Positions 47,312-61,563 are shown, counted from the first letter of the stretch. The stretch is 64,000 nt of DNA from the human T2T-CHM13v2.0 reference genome, Homo sapiens (GCA_009914755.4 CP068257.2:14336001-14400000); one strand, 5' to 3'. Made by a program: numbers and translations. The notes: generated from the sequence alone by a model not told the origin.

Positions 47312-47612
47312 TTCAGTGGCTCACATCTGTAATCCCAGTACTTTGGGAAGCCAAGGTGGGAGGATTGCTTGAGGCCAGGAATTTGAGACCAGCCTGGGCA
47401 ACACAGGAAGACACTGTCTCTACAAAAATCTTTTTAAAAAATATCCAGGCATGGTGGCTCATGCCTGTAGTCCCAGCTACTAGGGAGGCTGAGGCAGGAG
47501 GATCACTTGAGTCCAAGAGTTTGAGGCTGTAGTGAGCTATGACTGTACCAATACACTCCAGCCCTGGTGGAAAAGTGAGACCCTGTCTTTAAAAAATTAA
47601 ATAAAATAAACA
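47312..47612 (+). mobile_element. Alu (older, AluJ-like), slightly 5'-truncated.
   Basis: agtggctcacatctgtaatcccagtactttgggaagccaaggtgggaggattgcttgaggccaggaatttgagaccagcctgggcaacacagg…. Diverged from consensus. Confidence 0.9.
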
Positions 47613-50010
47613 GAGCAGGAATGCCAACTGTGCTAGTTCCAAACCTAGGTCTTAAGAGGTCTTGCAGCTTCTGCTCTGATTCTTGGGCTCCTTCCAGCTA
47701 GAGGTTCAGAACTCATTTGCCCCTGTCACTCCAGCTGATTGTCAGCCAATTGCAGAAGCAGGGCTGCCTTCGTGATTGACACGTGATACAAGTGCACAAG
47801 TGAGCCCAGCATGACCAGAACCACTCAGTTAAAACTATAATAATAAATTGTTGTCATTTTATTTAAGTTTTGAAGTGGTTTTCACAGCAAAACCAACTGA
47901 TACAACCTATTTGGCCAAAAAGAATAAATATATTTAAGCCTTATAATTTGTATTGATGAGTTGTTTCCCAAAACCGTGGTAAAAAATTGCCCTATCAATA
48001 GTTTTGCTGCCTTCATCAGCCAGGCTTATATCATTGTAAATTTTTGCTAGTTTGATAAAAGATAATTAGTATTTTGTTTTAATTTTAAGTGCAACATTTT
48101 AAAACCCAGTTTCTTCTTACCCCAATGAAATAGTTACTAATTTGATGTCATTTCATTAAAACAAGTCACATTTTGCTGTGAATCTTTTTCCAAATTATTT
48201 TCCTAGAATTAATATAATATTTGTCAGGTTTATTTCCTCTTAGAAGATATAGAGATTGCAGCACAGATTTTAATTTTTAATTTGCTAAATAATTCTTTAT
48301 AAAGTCTAAGTTGTGACCCTTTTCCCAGATATTTTTAATTCAATAACTATCAAATTTATGAAAATGAAGTTGGTTTTATTAAAGTTTCTACTGACATCAT
48401 CTTACTGCATTGGATGTTGATCTCAGTGATTGCGACTATTCTAAGTTGTTAAAAGCCATGTAATCATTATTGGCTCACAAGCAAGCAAATGAGGTAATTG
48501 TATTCAAATTGGAAAATTTGCTTCTAGGTAAAGTGTATGCACAGAAAATATAGACAAAGTATTGGCCATTATACTTGACAGACTTTGAAGTGTTGCCATC
48601 ACCCAATGAGTTTTCATTGCATACAGAATGAAAGAAAAATTACATCATTTATGTTGTCTTTGGCCGTAGGTAACAGAAAACCCACTTAAACAGCACTAAA
48701 TTATGAGACTCATTGGTTGGACTGATGGTTAACCAATTCATATCTGGATAGGAAGAGTAGTTTTTAAAAACTTGAAATACTTTTTCACTGATTGCTAAAA
48801 AAAAAAAAGAATAATAGTAACTTCAATAAGTAGTAAAATTAATAAAAAGAAATTAGTAAATAAAATTGCACCTGCTGCCTGTGGCCACAAGAACTCAGTG
48901 ATATATATTAATAAAATTTATTTAGCTTATGGTTTTATGAGATTCAGGTATTTTCGTGTGAGCTCAGCTAATCTCAGCTGGGTTTGTTTCTGTGGCTGCT
49001 GTTAGATACATGCCAGCTAAGGTGTCTTTCCTGATTTGGCTGGCCTTGCTCACATATGTTGGGGCTGGCACTGGCTTTGATAACTGGAGTAATTCAACTC
49101 TGCTCCACCTGTCTCACCTTGTAGAAAGTTAGTCCAAGTATGTTCTCATAGTAAAGGCAGAGGAGCAAGCACATGCCTAGTCATACATGTGTTTTTCAAG
49201 CCTCTGCTTGGACACGCTTACTAATATTCCATTTGTCAGGTCACTTTGTGGGTCCCAGAGACAAAGTGGATGGCACTGCAAAGGTACATGCCCCAAACAC
49301 ACAGATGAATGGAGTGGTGAAGTGGTAAGATCATTGATAACAATCAAGCTACAATAAACTTACTGATTCAAGTGAATTGTCATAGGATGCTATTGATAAA
49401 TAGTCCTCTACTTGGAATGAGATCCAAAACATTAGCAGTTCCACTCACCTGGTGTAATCATGTCATGGTAAGAAGCATATGCATTCTCTAAAAAGTGTTC
49501 TATGTTTTAGGAGAATCAACATTTTCATCATCCTTTAGTTAAACAAGCGCCATTGTTTGGAACTACACATACTCATAGGAATTTATTGGGATAATTGAGA
49601 GTTTGAATAGCAATAGATGCCTATGTAATAAACATGAATCTTTAGAATTTGTGAGAGCACAGCAAAAATATAATGAAATAAAATAATAAACTGCCTACTG
49701 GGCCATCTTCTGATGCTAGGTAAAAATCAGAAAGTGGAATATGTTTTGATAATGTCAAGAATTAATATAAAATATAACAAATCATTTTCATTTATTGAAT
49801 AAAAACAATTATTTCAACAAATGTATAAGTAGCTTACCATTGCTTTTAAGCATTAAAATTGCTTAAACTTTGTGTCAATAATAGATGAAAGTGCTTAACA
49901 CATGTATTTCATTAGTATGTTGATCATGTTCCATTAAAGCTCATAGTTGTAATGAGGAAAATTTGCAAACATCAAACAGGGAAAATTGGCAAACATCAAA
50001 GAGGAAAATT

Positions 50011-50160
50011 GGCCTCGCATGGTGGTATGCATCTGTAGTCCTGGAGGCTGAGGCAGTAGGACCACTTGAGCCCAAGGGTTCAGTGCACTGTGATCGCACC
50101 TGTGAATAGCCACTATACTCCAGCCTGGGCAACATAGCAAGCCCCTGTCTTTAAATTAAA
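50011..50160 (+). mobile_element. Alu right-arm/FRAM-like monomer fragment, ~150 bp.
   Basis: ggcctcgcatggtggtatgcatctgtagtcctggaggctgaggcagtaggaccacttgagcccaagggttcagtgcactgtgatcgcacctg…ccagcctgggcaacatagcaagcccctgtct. Confidence 0.7.
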
Positions 50161-51869
50161 AAGAATAAAGAAGGGGTGGATCATCAATCCTTTCAATTCA
50201 AATGAAATTGAAATTATCAATTCCATTTCATATATCACATCAATCACTTTCACATAATAACGCATTTGAAATAATATCAGCTTTCAAACCTTTTTTAAAG
50301 AATATCAATAAAGAATATAAAAATTTAGAAAGTACCATCCAAACTTCATTTTACATTAGAAATACTCAAGCATTTCTAGATATAAAATATTAATAGTGCA
50401 TAACAAAATAATATTATGTGCATATTATTATAGTCCAGATTTATGTATGACTCACTTGGAAACATACTTTTGGAAACAGTTTATGAAACTTTCCCACTTT
50501 TGGAAAAATGTGTGTATAAAGACTAGAATTTCAATTATCACTGATGAAGCTTCAATTATTTCACGTAAAAGTGATTAATAATTCACTTAAAATGTGAAAT
50601 TCAAGACTGAAAATAGTTTTATGTCTTCTTATTCATCATGGAACTAGAAGAAATACCAGAAATAATAATATATCAATCTTTATTTTCTTTATTCAAGACA
50701 AGTAATTGGCAAATATTTGCATAAAAATCTTATGATATATTTTCATGTAGTTGTGTTAACAAAATCTGAAGGACAGGTTGGAGTTTAGGCTAAACTGTCA
50801 TAAAAGTTTTTGGATATTTTTATTTAGTACCACATTGTTATATTCAATTATTTCTGGGTGAGGTGATAGAAGATGTAAATAAAATTAAATTCCTTTCTTG
50901 ATGGATTTTATACTATTATCATATATTAGATAAACATTAGAATTAAATGATATACTAACTGGCTGGGGGAATTGACCTAATGAAAATTGAGTCATATACC
51001 TCTATTTATAGCCTGATTCACTAGAATAGCAAACACAGTTTGGAAATTTTATCAAATGTTGAATATTCAATAGAAATTGTGAAGTGGAAATAATTAAGAA
51101 ATTGGAAAGTGGACTTTTAAAAAAAGATTTGGGTTTAAATTATTATAGTTTTATAGCTTTCACTACTTTAACTTGAAAAATTTTTGTTAAAGCTGGCAGA
51201 TTAATGCATGATAAAAGTGATTAAGCTTATAAAACTAAATAATGCTGTGAAAGAGAAGATGTAGAAATAAAGGCATATGATTTAACAGTTGAGGCAAAAT
51301 AGTTATAATAAAAAGACTGTTACATACACTTAAATTACGTAAAACTGATATCACAAATGAAATATTTAATAAATTTTATGACCTTTCAATTTATTGGATC
51401 CTGACATTTTTCCAAGTAATATTAGGTAGATTTATAGTTTTAAGATTAACATACCAATAAAATTAGGCTAAGTAATTAAATATGATATTCTAATAAATAT
51501 CTTATGAATTAGTAGTACATGAATTTAATATGTAAAAATCAGAGTATTATAAAAACTAGAAACATTTTGGATATAATTTTTGGTAGTTTACCAGACATGT
51601 AGAGAAGATCCAGTATAATTAATTACATTTTGTGTGTGAAGAAAAATTCCCTACCTGTTTAGACTATATTACATAATAACTAACATTTTTATGAGGAATT
51701 TTTGGAAGGAGTTGATATAGTTTCTTATGTCAAATCATGACTCAAAAAGAGACATTATTTAGCTAGAGGCAGTCACATCAAAGAAAAGATCATAACACTC
51801 TAAACATCAAGAAGCAATTTAGAAGTTATTAGAATGATTTGATGAGTGATATGTACTGTAAGTTATCTA

Positions 51870-52280
<411 letters not shown>

Positions 52281-52289
52281 TTAATATCA

Positions 52290-52995
52290 CTCAGCTTATT
52301 GGCCCCTGTACCTGGAGTCCAGAGACAGGAAGGGACTTGGGGCAGGCTCAAGCCGGCATTTCCACCTGTTTCTCTCTAACCCCTTTGGTTCCGCTCTTCT
52401 CCGTACGGACTTAGTTCTTTAGCAGAAGAGTTCCATATTGGTGGCAAAATGGTTGAAGCAATCCCAGGGGTCATCCTTATGTCATGACGAGCAAAGAAAG
52501 ATTATCTCCTAGCAGCTTTCTGTCCAGAGCAGTTAAACTTCATCCCCATAACTTTGCAAGAAACCGTCGCATCTTGCATCTTGTTCCAGACTGAATCGTG
52601 TGCATGTTCTAAATCTTGTCTCTGTGGTCAAGGAATATCACACACAGTCTGGTATAGGCTGATTTCTTGAACAACTCCTTGCTCAGTCGATGGTATGCTC
52701 CCAGGCCTGACAGGTGCAGCCCTGAAGTCTAGGTGATGCAATGAAAGGGGAGTTGAGTCTGGCCTCTGGTCACATCCAGGGCAAACACCCTGAGTTAACA
52801 TGCAATACCTACTGTGGCCCACTATCAGCCTGAACTTCTAGCTGCAACCCTTGCTGCTATATTGCCTGCACGTTAAACCCCGAATCACTCTGAACCAAGT
52901 ATTGTTCACTGAATCAACACAGTAGAATAAAGCCTGTAAACCCCTTTTTCTTCATCACCTCAATCTGGAATGTTTTCTACTTCCAGTGCATCAAA
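52290..52995. other. Unclassified ~700-bp segment, relatively GC-rich and retaining CpGs, with an internal AATAAA. Possibly an LTR or other retro-derived insert; family not recognised.
   Basis: Multiple CpGs (ccgtacgg, accgtcgcat, tcagtcgatgg, gcacgtt, ccccgaatc), which is unusual for this AT-rich window. Contains aataaagcctgtaaacccc. No Alu, L1 or MaLR hallmark. Confidence 0.3.
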
Positions 52996-55902
52996 ATCCT
53001 ATTGCCCCCTTTTGTCACAAAGTTGACTTTCTTTGTGATCTGAGACTGTATGACATAAAACAACAGATTGACCCTTTAGTTACAAAAAGTTAAGTAATTC
53101 ATTATTCATTGTCTTGGAAAGAGTGAAGATCATTTGAATCTGCAAGGATGGTATGAAATTGCTTGGTTTATTAATGTAAATTGAATTGAGATTTAATTTT
53201 GGTTGTTTCCTTGAGAAAGCAGAAAAATGGTTTTCCTACTAAATGAGTATTTCCTACTAAGTGAGGGAAATTTAGATTGGATCACGTGTGCCTAACATGG
53301 GCTGTTAAATGAGGAACACCTAGAGCTTTGAGAAATATACTGTGAAATGTTAGGATTTTTTTTTTTTTTTTTGAAATTTCACTTGACCGAGATATGGGGC
53401 CTGGGGAGAGTATAAGGAAAGGGCTGTGTCCTCTCCTAGAATGAATTAACTAGGAGTGGGTCACGGAGCTGTTTCTGGACATAGTGCAGTCCATGTTATT
53501 GTCTGATATTCAGATTATTCACAGTAATTTTTTTTAATTAATAACCTTCTTAACTATATATAATTTTTTATCCTTTCCTTCCTATACACACAACACCTAA
53601 TATGGTGTTCCACTTTTCCTTTTCCCCATATAATTGGACAAAACCACGTTGCCTCTGATTCTTCAATATTGGGTGAAATTCAGTCCTCCAATTTTACTCC
53701 AGGTTTGGAAGGACGAGAGACAGGAATCCAGTTTCAAGGGACTAAATGCAGGGCCGACCAAAGCCTCGGAGGCCCTCCCTCTATTAAGTATCTTCTCTGT
53801 TACCCAGTTCTCCAGCAGTTAACTGGTTAACTTGTTAAGATGTAAATCTAAAAGAATCCCTGGGAAAATGGAACAGTGGGAATCTAGGGTTCTAAAATTT
53901 GTATTAGCAAAGGGTCTAAAACTCCTTTGTTTACATTGTCTTAATTATTAAAGAATCCAATAGCATTAAACAGCTTGAGAGAATGTTTGCCCAGGGGAAG
54001 TCTATATTTTTGGCAAGCAATAAAATGTTGAATATAAATGAAAGCTATCCTGAATCCTGGCATATGTGTCTCTACTATGTTATTTGCTTCCAGATTTTTT
54101 CCAAATGGATACTTTTAAACATATTTATCAGAATACTAAACTTATGCATCTCATTTTTTAAATATGTCTTAAAATTTTCCCCTTAGTTGCTAGGGTCTTC
54201 ATAATTATTATTAAATATAATCAATTTTCCAAGAAACACTCTCCAGTTTTGTACTGCCTAAACAACCTTGCATTGTGATCTTTTCTCCTTTTGAATGTAT
54301 TTTCTTGGACTACATTTCCAGAAATAGAATTACTGAATAAATGGTTTGGAAATATTTACAGCTCATAATATGAAATGCCAAAGTTTTTCAAAAAAGAGTT
54401 TAAAACAATTTCTATCTCATAATATAGTATGTATATCAGTTTTGGTTATACTCCACTATTATGCATTACATTTAATTATACTTTCTTTAGTCTTTGTATT
54501 TTACTGTCCCACTTCCAGACTCAAAGAAGATCATAGCCTCCTGGAGAACTAGGAGAGTGTATTTATTACTTTTGTATTTATTTACTTCTCTATAACATTA
54601 GAACAAGGACTAACACATACTAAGTAAACATTAAATGTTTGTTGCATTGATTTGAATTAATCACGGGAATTCTTTTTGCAGTTACAGTAACTGCCAAATT
54701 ACTTCATGTTTTGGTGAATTACTTTATTATGATTTTAGCTTTTTTTCATTAACTGAGACTCGTGTTCCTCTTTTTAGTGCTTTTTTGTTTTTAATGAAAT
54801 GCTTCATGATTTTCTGTGTCATCCTTAAAAGAGGACATGTTTATTTTCTCTGGATTGTGCCAATTTTAAGATATTTTCTGCCAAAGCATGCATCATTTAA
54901 TTTAATTTTACTCTTTCAGTAAGCAATTATATGACTGAGTTTACAGTTAGTATTTGAGATACAATTGAGGTTAAACATTTTTAATGTGTGTTTATTAAAA
55001 TGATATTCTTTATTTAGTGAGTTGTTTGCTCTTGAGTTTGCCCATTTGAATCTGGAGTTTTATTTGTAAAATAATTATAATTAAATTTTAAACTTTTCCT
55101 ATTACATTTTGCTCTAGATGTTTTTTAGCTTTTTTCAATTTTTGTTTATGGCTAAAATTCAGAAATTTCAAAATTTTATAGTCTCATTTGTTTTGAGGGG
55201 AGCAGATACCTCTTTCTCTTAGATAGTTCAAAGGTTATTGACTACTACTTAGCACTGCCACAATAGGCTAAATGTCCAGTTTTATTCTATTTGAGGCATT
55301 CTGGATATTATTAATGCTTTGTATCATGATATATTGCACTTTTAGAGTGTATTTAGGGATGGGATATTATTAGTTTGAGTAGTCCGCTTAGATTTTTTTT
55401 AAACTGGGAAAACAATTATCTATTCATATATTAATTAAAAACATTTTATTTTGATGTATGGGTCAGTTTTTAGTTTTTTCTACTTTTCAATATGATGTAA
55501 TATGTTGATTTTTGTACCATACTCTTTCACCTATTGATTGTTCAGCATATATTTTAATATTTGCTAAGCCTAGTTTCTCCCTTGTTTGAGACTATTCTGA
55601 AATATTTTTTATTAATTAATTATCCAAATAAAATTTGTCACCTGAAGGCTATAGTCCAAAAAAGAGCTTATAATTTTATTTGGGATTTTATTAAACGTTC
55701 ATATTACTTTGGGAAGGTCCAAAATTATATATGACTGTTTTTCCATCCAGGAGCATGATTATGTGTTTCTACTTATTAGAGAATAAATTTCTTTCCAATA
55801 AAGCTTTATAATTTTTGTAAAGTATGTCCTATATCTCTCATCTATGTTTTCAAGTTAAGATTGCCACTTTAATTACTATTGTGATGAGATACTTTTTAAA
55901 TT

Positions 55903-56209
55903 TTTTTTTATTTTTTTGAGACAGCATCTCACTCTGTCACCCAGGCTAGAGTTCAGTGGCAGATGTCTGCTCACTGCACCCCCACCTCCCCAGTTCAAGT
56001 GATTCTCATGCCTCAGCCTCCCGAGTAGCTGGAATTACAGTCACGTACCAACCCACCATGCCCACCTATTATTTATTTATTTATTTATTTTAGTAGACAG
56101 GGTTTTATCAGGTTGGCCAGGCTGGTCTCAAACTCCTGACCTCAAGTGATCCACCTGTCTCAGCCTCCCAATGTGTTGGGATTACAGATGTGAGCCACAG
56201 CACAAGGCC
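55903..56209 (-). mobile_element. Alu (AluS/J-like) with an expanded (TTTA)n in the middle linker. First of a head-to-tail tandem pair.
   Basis: (t)ngagacagcatctcactctgtcacccaggctagagttcagtgg…cctattatttatttatttatttattttagtagacagggtttt…gtgagccacagcacaaggcc. Confidence 0.9.
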
Positions 56210-56210
56210 T

Positions 56211-56503
<293 letters not shown>

Positions 56504-58568
56504 CTGAGTGTTATTATTATTTTTTTAGTGTTATATTGTTATCCTGTCTCATTCATATATTTGATTACATGTAATAGCTCGATTTCTTGAAAATGATATG
56601 CATCTTCTTTTCCTGTAGGTATAAAATTTCCTTTCAGTATATGTTAACAGTTGCTTCAGGGTAGACACTATCATGACAAGTTATCATGAGAATGTCCTTC
56701 CATTGAACAATTGTGGGATTTTTGAGCTAAATTTGCTAGGTCATAATAGATTAGCCTATCATTCTATTCAATCTCATATACCATTTTTTAAAGATCTGCA
56801 ATGAAGCAGAAGGCAAAGTAGCTACAATGAAGTTAGAGGTTTGCTCAAATATTTCATGGCCTTAAGCCAAAATGCTTATGGGAACTCTGTCTGCTGCGGC
56901 AATGCCTACTGACTTCTTGCATTTCCTGAAGGGTGGTTAGAAAGGGATGCCCATCATTTCTTGTGGGTTGGTCAGATTTCCCAACACTTCCTACCTGATG
57001 TAGGTGTCTGGGTATGGTTGGGGTTTGGAGGAATGTTCTCATGATCTAACAGTCAGACTTTCACTTATTTCCCTTTGTGCCATCCAGCTTCTTGTCTTTT
57101 TTTTATCAGCGGTTTCTCTATGCTATGGCACAGCTTATCTAGAACTCTCAAAGCTGAAAAAATTTTGTTGCACAGACTAAAACAGGAAGCTGGGGTTCGA
57201 ATACTTTTGTTTCAGACTTTTTAAAGCAATCTTCCTGTTTTATGCCTTCACCTCCCCACATCCCTACTCCCTGTCCTCTGGAGATAGTGGTTACGTTCGA
57301 TTCCTGAGCCTTTCTGGAGTTTTATGGCACAAATGGACTTATTTATCCTGGCTTCTTTCCAAGAATTCACTTACCTATCTGTTACTATTATTCTATCCAT
57401 AAGTCAGCTTTCAAAATTTTATTGGTCTCATTAGAGTGCTTTTGTTTTCTCATCTTATTTGTCCTTGTAGGCTAATGATTTTATTTTTTTAAACTATCTG
57501 AGTGTCATTTTAGTCAGGTTTGGGGAGGGAGCAGAGGTGCACATGTCTGCCATGTTTTTTAGGAAGTCTCTGTCATGATATATTTTTATACTGTCTGCAG
57601 TGGACAGAGCCAATGAACTCCCTGGCATCAGTTTTTCTGTACTCATTGTTAACAAGACATCAGATTACCAACTATGTGATTTTGGAGGAGTAAGCTGTTA
57701 TTAACCCAAACTAATCATCATCATTGTAGGCGAAGAAGGTGAAATGTTTTCCAGCTCTTGGCTTTATTTTTCCTTGTGGAGGGACCTCAGGTGGAATAAT
57801 GCTCCCCACTTCTCACTCAGTCCTCCTTAAGGAAAAGGAATGACATCTGATTATGAGGTAGAAAAATAAAGTAAGTGTTCTCCAGTCAGTCCCATTTCTT
57901 CTTATTAGGTTTTCTCCCCTCTGCAAGGCAGCTTGGAATAAACTCAGTGGTACAGGCTTTGTCTCGATGAGGGTCTCCAGACATCTATAGTTGAAAAGTG
58001 AGCAAATTCATTTGGCCACGAGCTAAACCATGTTTCCTATCCAGCCAGTCAGTAAAAAGGCTTACATCTCCATAGGTCCATCCCCTGTGTTTTATTTTTC
58101 ACTTGTTTCTAAACTTGGGCAGGAAAGAAAAAGCTATTATATATCTACTTTCATCTCCACCCTTGAAACAAATAAACAAAACCCAGACCAGCAAGTTAAT
58201 CCTATTCCTCATGCAGCAATATTTGGTTTAACAGTGGACATGGAGTCTGGGTCTAAGCCATTAGTGCTTAACATTCCTCTGACAATGGCGATCGGTTCAG
58301 GGTTGGGCAGCATCTATGTTGCTTCTGCAAAGTAAAGACCATGACTTTCCTTTGATTTTTTAAACATCAAAACATGTTTATTCTTTCTCTGGATGGTTTT
58401 GTGAGAAGCCATTATACTGGGAAAAACTGCAGCAATTTTGCACCCATGACAAACCCAGCAAGCACATGAAGGACAAATTCTCCTTGGAGGAAGAGCAGAG
58501 GATGGAGACAGAACCCGGATAGAATTCCATGTGAAGTCTACACTACTCCTAGACTTTTCATTTGTGTG

Positions 58569-58946
58569 GTGTATTAGTCTGTTCTATGCTGTTAATAAAG
58601 ACACATCCAAGACTGGGCAGTTTATAACGGAAAGAGGTTTAATTAACTCACAGCTCTGCAGGGCTGGGGCAGCCTCAGGAAACTTACAATCATGGTGGAA
58701 AGGGAAGCAAACATGTCCTTCTTCACATGGTGGCAGCAAGGAGAAGAATGAGGGCCCAGCAAAGGGGGAAGCCCTGTATAAAACCATCATCTCTCATGAG
58801 AACTAATTCACTATCACAAGAACAAGACAGGGGAAACCACCCCCATGATTCAATTTTCTCTACCTGGTCCCTCCCGCAACATGTGGGGATTATGAGAACT
58901 ACAATTCAAGATGAGATTTGGGTGGGGACACAGCCAAACAATATCA
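58569..58946 (-). mobile_element. THE1-like MaLR solo LTR, ~380 bp.
   Basis: The plus strand is the reverse complement of the THE1 consensus as I remember it. It starts tgtattagtctgttct(a)tgctg(t)taataaagaca(c)a(t)cc(a)agactggg… and ends …ggattatgagaactacaattcaagatgagatttgggtggggacacagccaaac(a)atatca, the reverse complement of TGATATGGTTTGGCTGTGTCCCCACCCAAATCTCATCTTGAATTGTA…. Confidence 0.8.
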
Positions 58947-59045
58947 TGTGGGTTAACACATTTCTTTCTATGTTTAAACTCACTTGAAGTGGGTTTCTTA
59001 CCATTAAGAGCATCTAATCACTGCATTATTGAGTTTGCTTTTCTA

Positions 59046-59290
59046 GGATTTCTGTAAAATTGTCACATTTTAATTACAAATGAGTTTCCAAACAGTGTTT
59101 CTCAGAACATAAGCGTTATGCCTAGTCTGCTCAAGCAAAATCTCTGCTCTTGGGTTCAGATTTACTTTCACAAGTCAAAATTGGTTTCATCCTGGATTAA
59201 GTTCACCTAGCCTTAAGACAGGATACATGGTAGGCCACATGGCATGAATGGCAACAACGAATCAGAGGAATTAGGAGACTTACTTCATTG
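59046..59290 (+). repeat. Arm A of a long imperfect inverted repeat; partner at 59620-59867.
   Basis: See arm B. Sequence ggatttctgtaaaattgtcacattttaattacaaatgagtttccaaacagtgtttctcagaacataagcgttatgcctagtctgctcaagcaaaatctctgctcttgggttcag…ggcaacaacgaatcagaggaattaggagacttacttcattg. Confidence 0.85.
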
Positions 59291-59619
59291 CTAAAATGGA
59301 CATAGTCTCAGGAGATGAGACAAGATGAGCATGAGCCACCTCAGTTCATGGAAGCTGCATGCTCTGGTGGCCCTGTCAGCTTTTACACCTTGTAAGATTC
59401 ATAACATTCTCCTCATATTCACATGACTGGCCCTCATTCTCCAGTACAGTAGAATTTCACTGATACTTGTTACTCAGTAAACAATTTCAGCAATGAGGAT
59501 CAAATGTATGGTCTGGAATGTAGTAACAACAGATGAATTCTCTATAATCTAGGGTCTAGTCTGCTCCTGTGACTCCTTTAATTAATATGCAAGAAAGATT
59601 TTAAGAATACCAAATCCTA

Positions 59620-59867
59620 TCAATGAAGTAAGTCTCTTAATTCCTCTGATTTGTTGTTGCCATTCATGCAATGTGGCCTATCATGTATCCTGTCTTAAAG
59701 CTAAGTAAACTTAGTCCAGGCTGAAACCTATTTTGACTTGTAAAAGTCAATCTGAACTCAAGAGCAGAGACTCTGTTTGAGCAGACTAGGCATGGCACTA
59801 ATGTTCTGGGAAACACTGATCGGAAACTCAACTTGTAAGTAAAAATGTAACAAGTCTACAAAAATCC
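59620..59867 (-). repeat. Arm B of the long inverted repeat. Its reverse complement aligns to 59046-59290 over ~245 bp. By eye, identity is roughly 85% in the central ~190 bp and lower at the distal end.
   Basis: The reverse complement of 59620-59867 reads ggatttttgtagacttgttacatttttacttacaagttgagtttccgatcagtgtttcccagaacattagtgccatgcctagtctgctcaaacagagtctctgctcttgagttcag…ggcaacaacaaatcagaggaattaagagacttacttcattga. It is collinear with arm A. Confidence 0.85.
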
Positions 59868-60229
59868 TAGAAAAGCTAACCCAAATCCTCAGCTATCTCT
59901 GAGGCTAACGGTTAAATTATGGACCTACTTTTAACTCTATTCTAAATTAGTATCCTGTGAATATGGACAACAAGAACAATAATATATGTCAGTTATTTAA
60001 GTGACACCAATTAAAGTGCTTTGCATATTATTGTGTAATAAATAATTTGGCTGGCCTTTTTTCCCAGTTCCCGGGAGTTATCTTTTAAAGCCTTAGAATT
60101 CCCTGAGTGACAGGAGAGTTTTTGCTATTCATAGTATGTTCTGATAGGTTATGCCAATGAGGCGACTCATGGTGAGCTCATAGATAGTTTATGCTAACAA
60201 GATGACTCAGGATGGTGTTGACCAATCCA

Positions 60230-60830
60230 GAGAGACTAACCATGTTTTTAGAGGGTTGGAACTTCGAACCATGTGATATTAGCCTGACCTCCAGGGAGGG
60301 GAGTAGGAACTGGAGATCAAGTTCAATCACATGGCCAGTAATTCAATATATCATGCCCACAAAATAGAACTCCAATAAAAACTTAGACACTGAAGCTCAT
60401 ATGAGTTTCCTTGGGTAACAATGTGTATTGTTACACAACAATGATTGAAAGGTGATGTGTCCTGACTCTGCAGGGAGAGAGGACATCAGAAGCTACACAT
60501 TTGGGACCTTCTCAGGCTTCACCCTATGCACCTCTTTTTGCTGATCCTGATTTGTATTATTTGTGCTATAATAACACTGTAATTATATGTATAGGACTTT
60601 CCTGAATTCTCTGTCACTGTCAGTCTATTAAATGATTGAGCATGAAGAGAGAGTAGGAACCCCTGAGTATTTAGCTTGTTGGTCAGAAGTGCTGGTGGCC
60701 TTGGAACTCATAAGCTTGTGGCTAGTTTCTGAGGTGAGTGAGAGGTCTTGTGAAGGACTGTGCCCTCAGCCTGTGAAGTCTGCCTAACTCTGGCTAGTCC
60801 ATCGCAAGTCACTGCACACGTATTAATTCA
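60230..60830 (+). mobile_element. Probable ancient LTR-class interspersed repeat (ERVL/MaLR-like). Family not determined.
   Basis: Phrases typical of old mammalian LTR consensi: …caatcacatggccagtaattcaatatatcatgcccacaaaatagaactccaataaaaac… and …ggtcagaagtgctggtggccttggaactcataagcttgtggctagtttctgaggtgagtgagaggtcttgtgaaggactgtgccctcagcctgtgaagtctg…. Recognition is by resemblance only. Confidence 0.35.
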
Positions 60831-61563
60831 ATCAGCTCTATGGTGTGAGTATTTTATTACTCTCATCTTACATACATAGATTAATAAAGATTCATAAATA
60901 ACATTGATAAATTGCTGAATAGTACATTTCATCTCTTCGTTTTATAGGTTATATAATAAATTTATTTTCATATTCTCTCAGAATTTTTACAACAAAAGAA
61001 TTATCTGATTTTTTTCCTTATGTGTCTTTTAGAAATTTAAGTTGTATTGCTGAGTACATTTTACTTCCTTTGGTAGAAACATTTTTATCTTACTTTAAGT
61101 TCTGGGATATCACTTCCTTTTTTAATTTGCTGTGTAATTTTTTCTAAGTCCAAAATTGTTTGGAAGATTTCAAAGGAATACAGTGGAATACATTTAAAGG
61201 CTGCCAGACCTCAATTCAAAAGCTAATGATTATGTTAAACCAATTTACAATTCTTTGGAGCTTCAATTTCCTCATTTCTGAAAATAGAGATAATTATACA
61301 TATATAGAATAATGCTATGAAGAGGTACGAGATAACATATGTAATAAATCCGGAAAATATATTAGGTCAATTTCCCCTTTAGATTCAAACAGCCTCAGGG
61401 TAAGGGCAAGCAATCTACATATTTTTATTAGTATAATTCTTTTAGGGATGATAAAGTTATAGAAAGACATTCACTCTTCTTTCTTCTCTTCCTTGGGGGT
61501 TAATTTTTCAGTGTTTGATATAATCTCAGAGCAGTGTATGTCAGCGTATGGGGATGGGGCAGG

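Noticed and set aside
49950-50010. Short tandem duplication gaaaatt(t)gcaaacatcaaa(c/g)agg x2 next to the Alu monomer
   Set aside because: Two imperfect copies of a ~24-bp unit. Probably slippage or duplication at an Alu insertion site. Too small to interpret.
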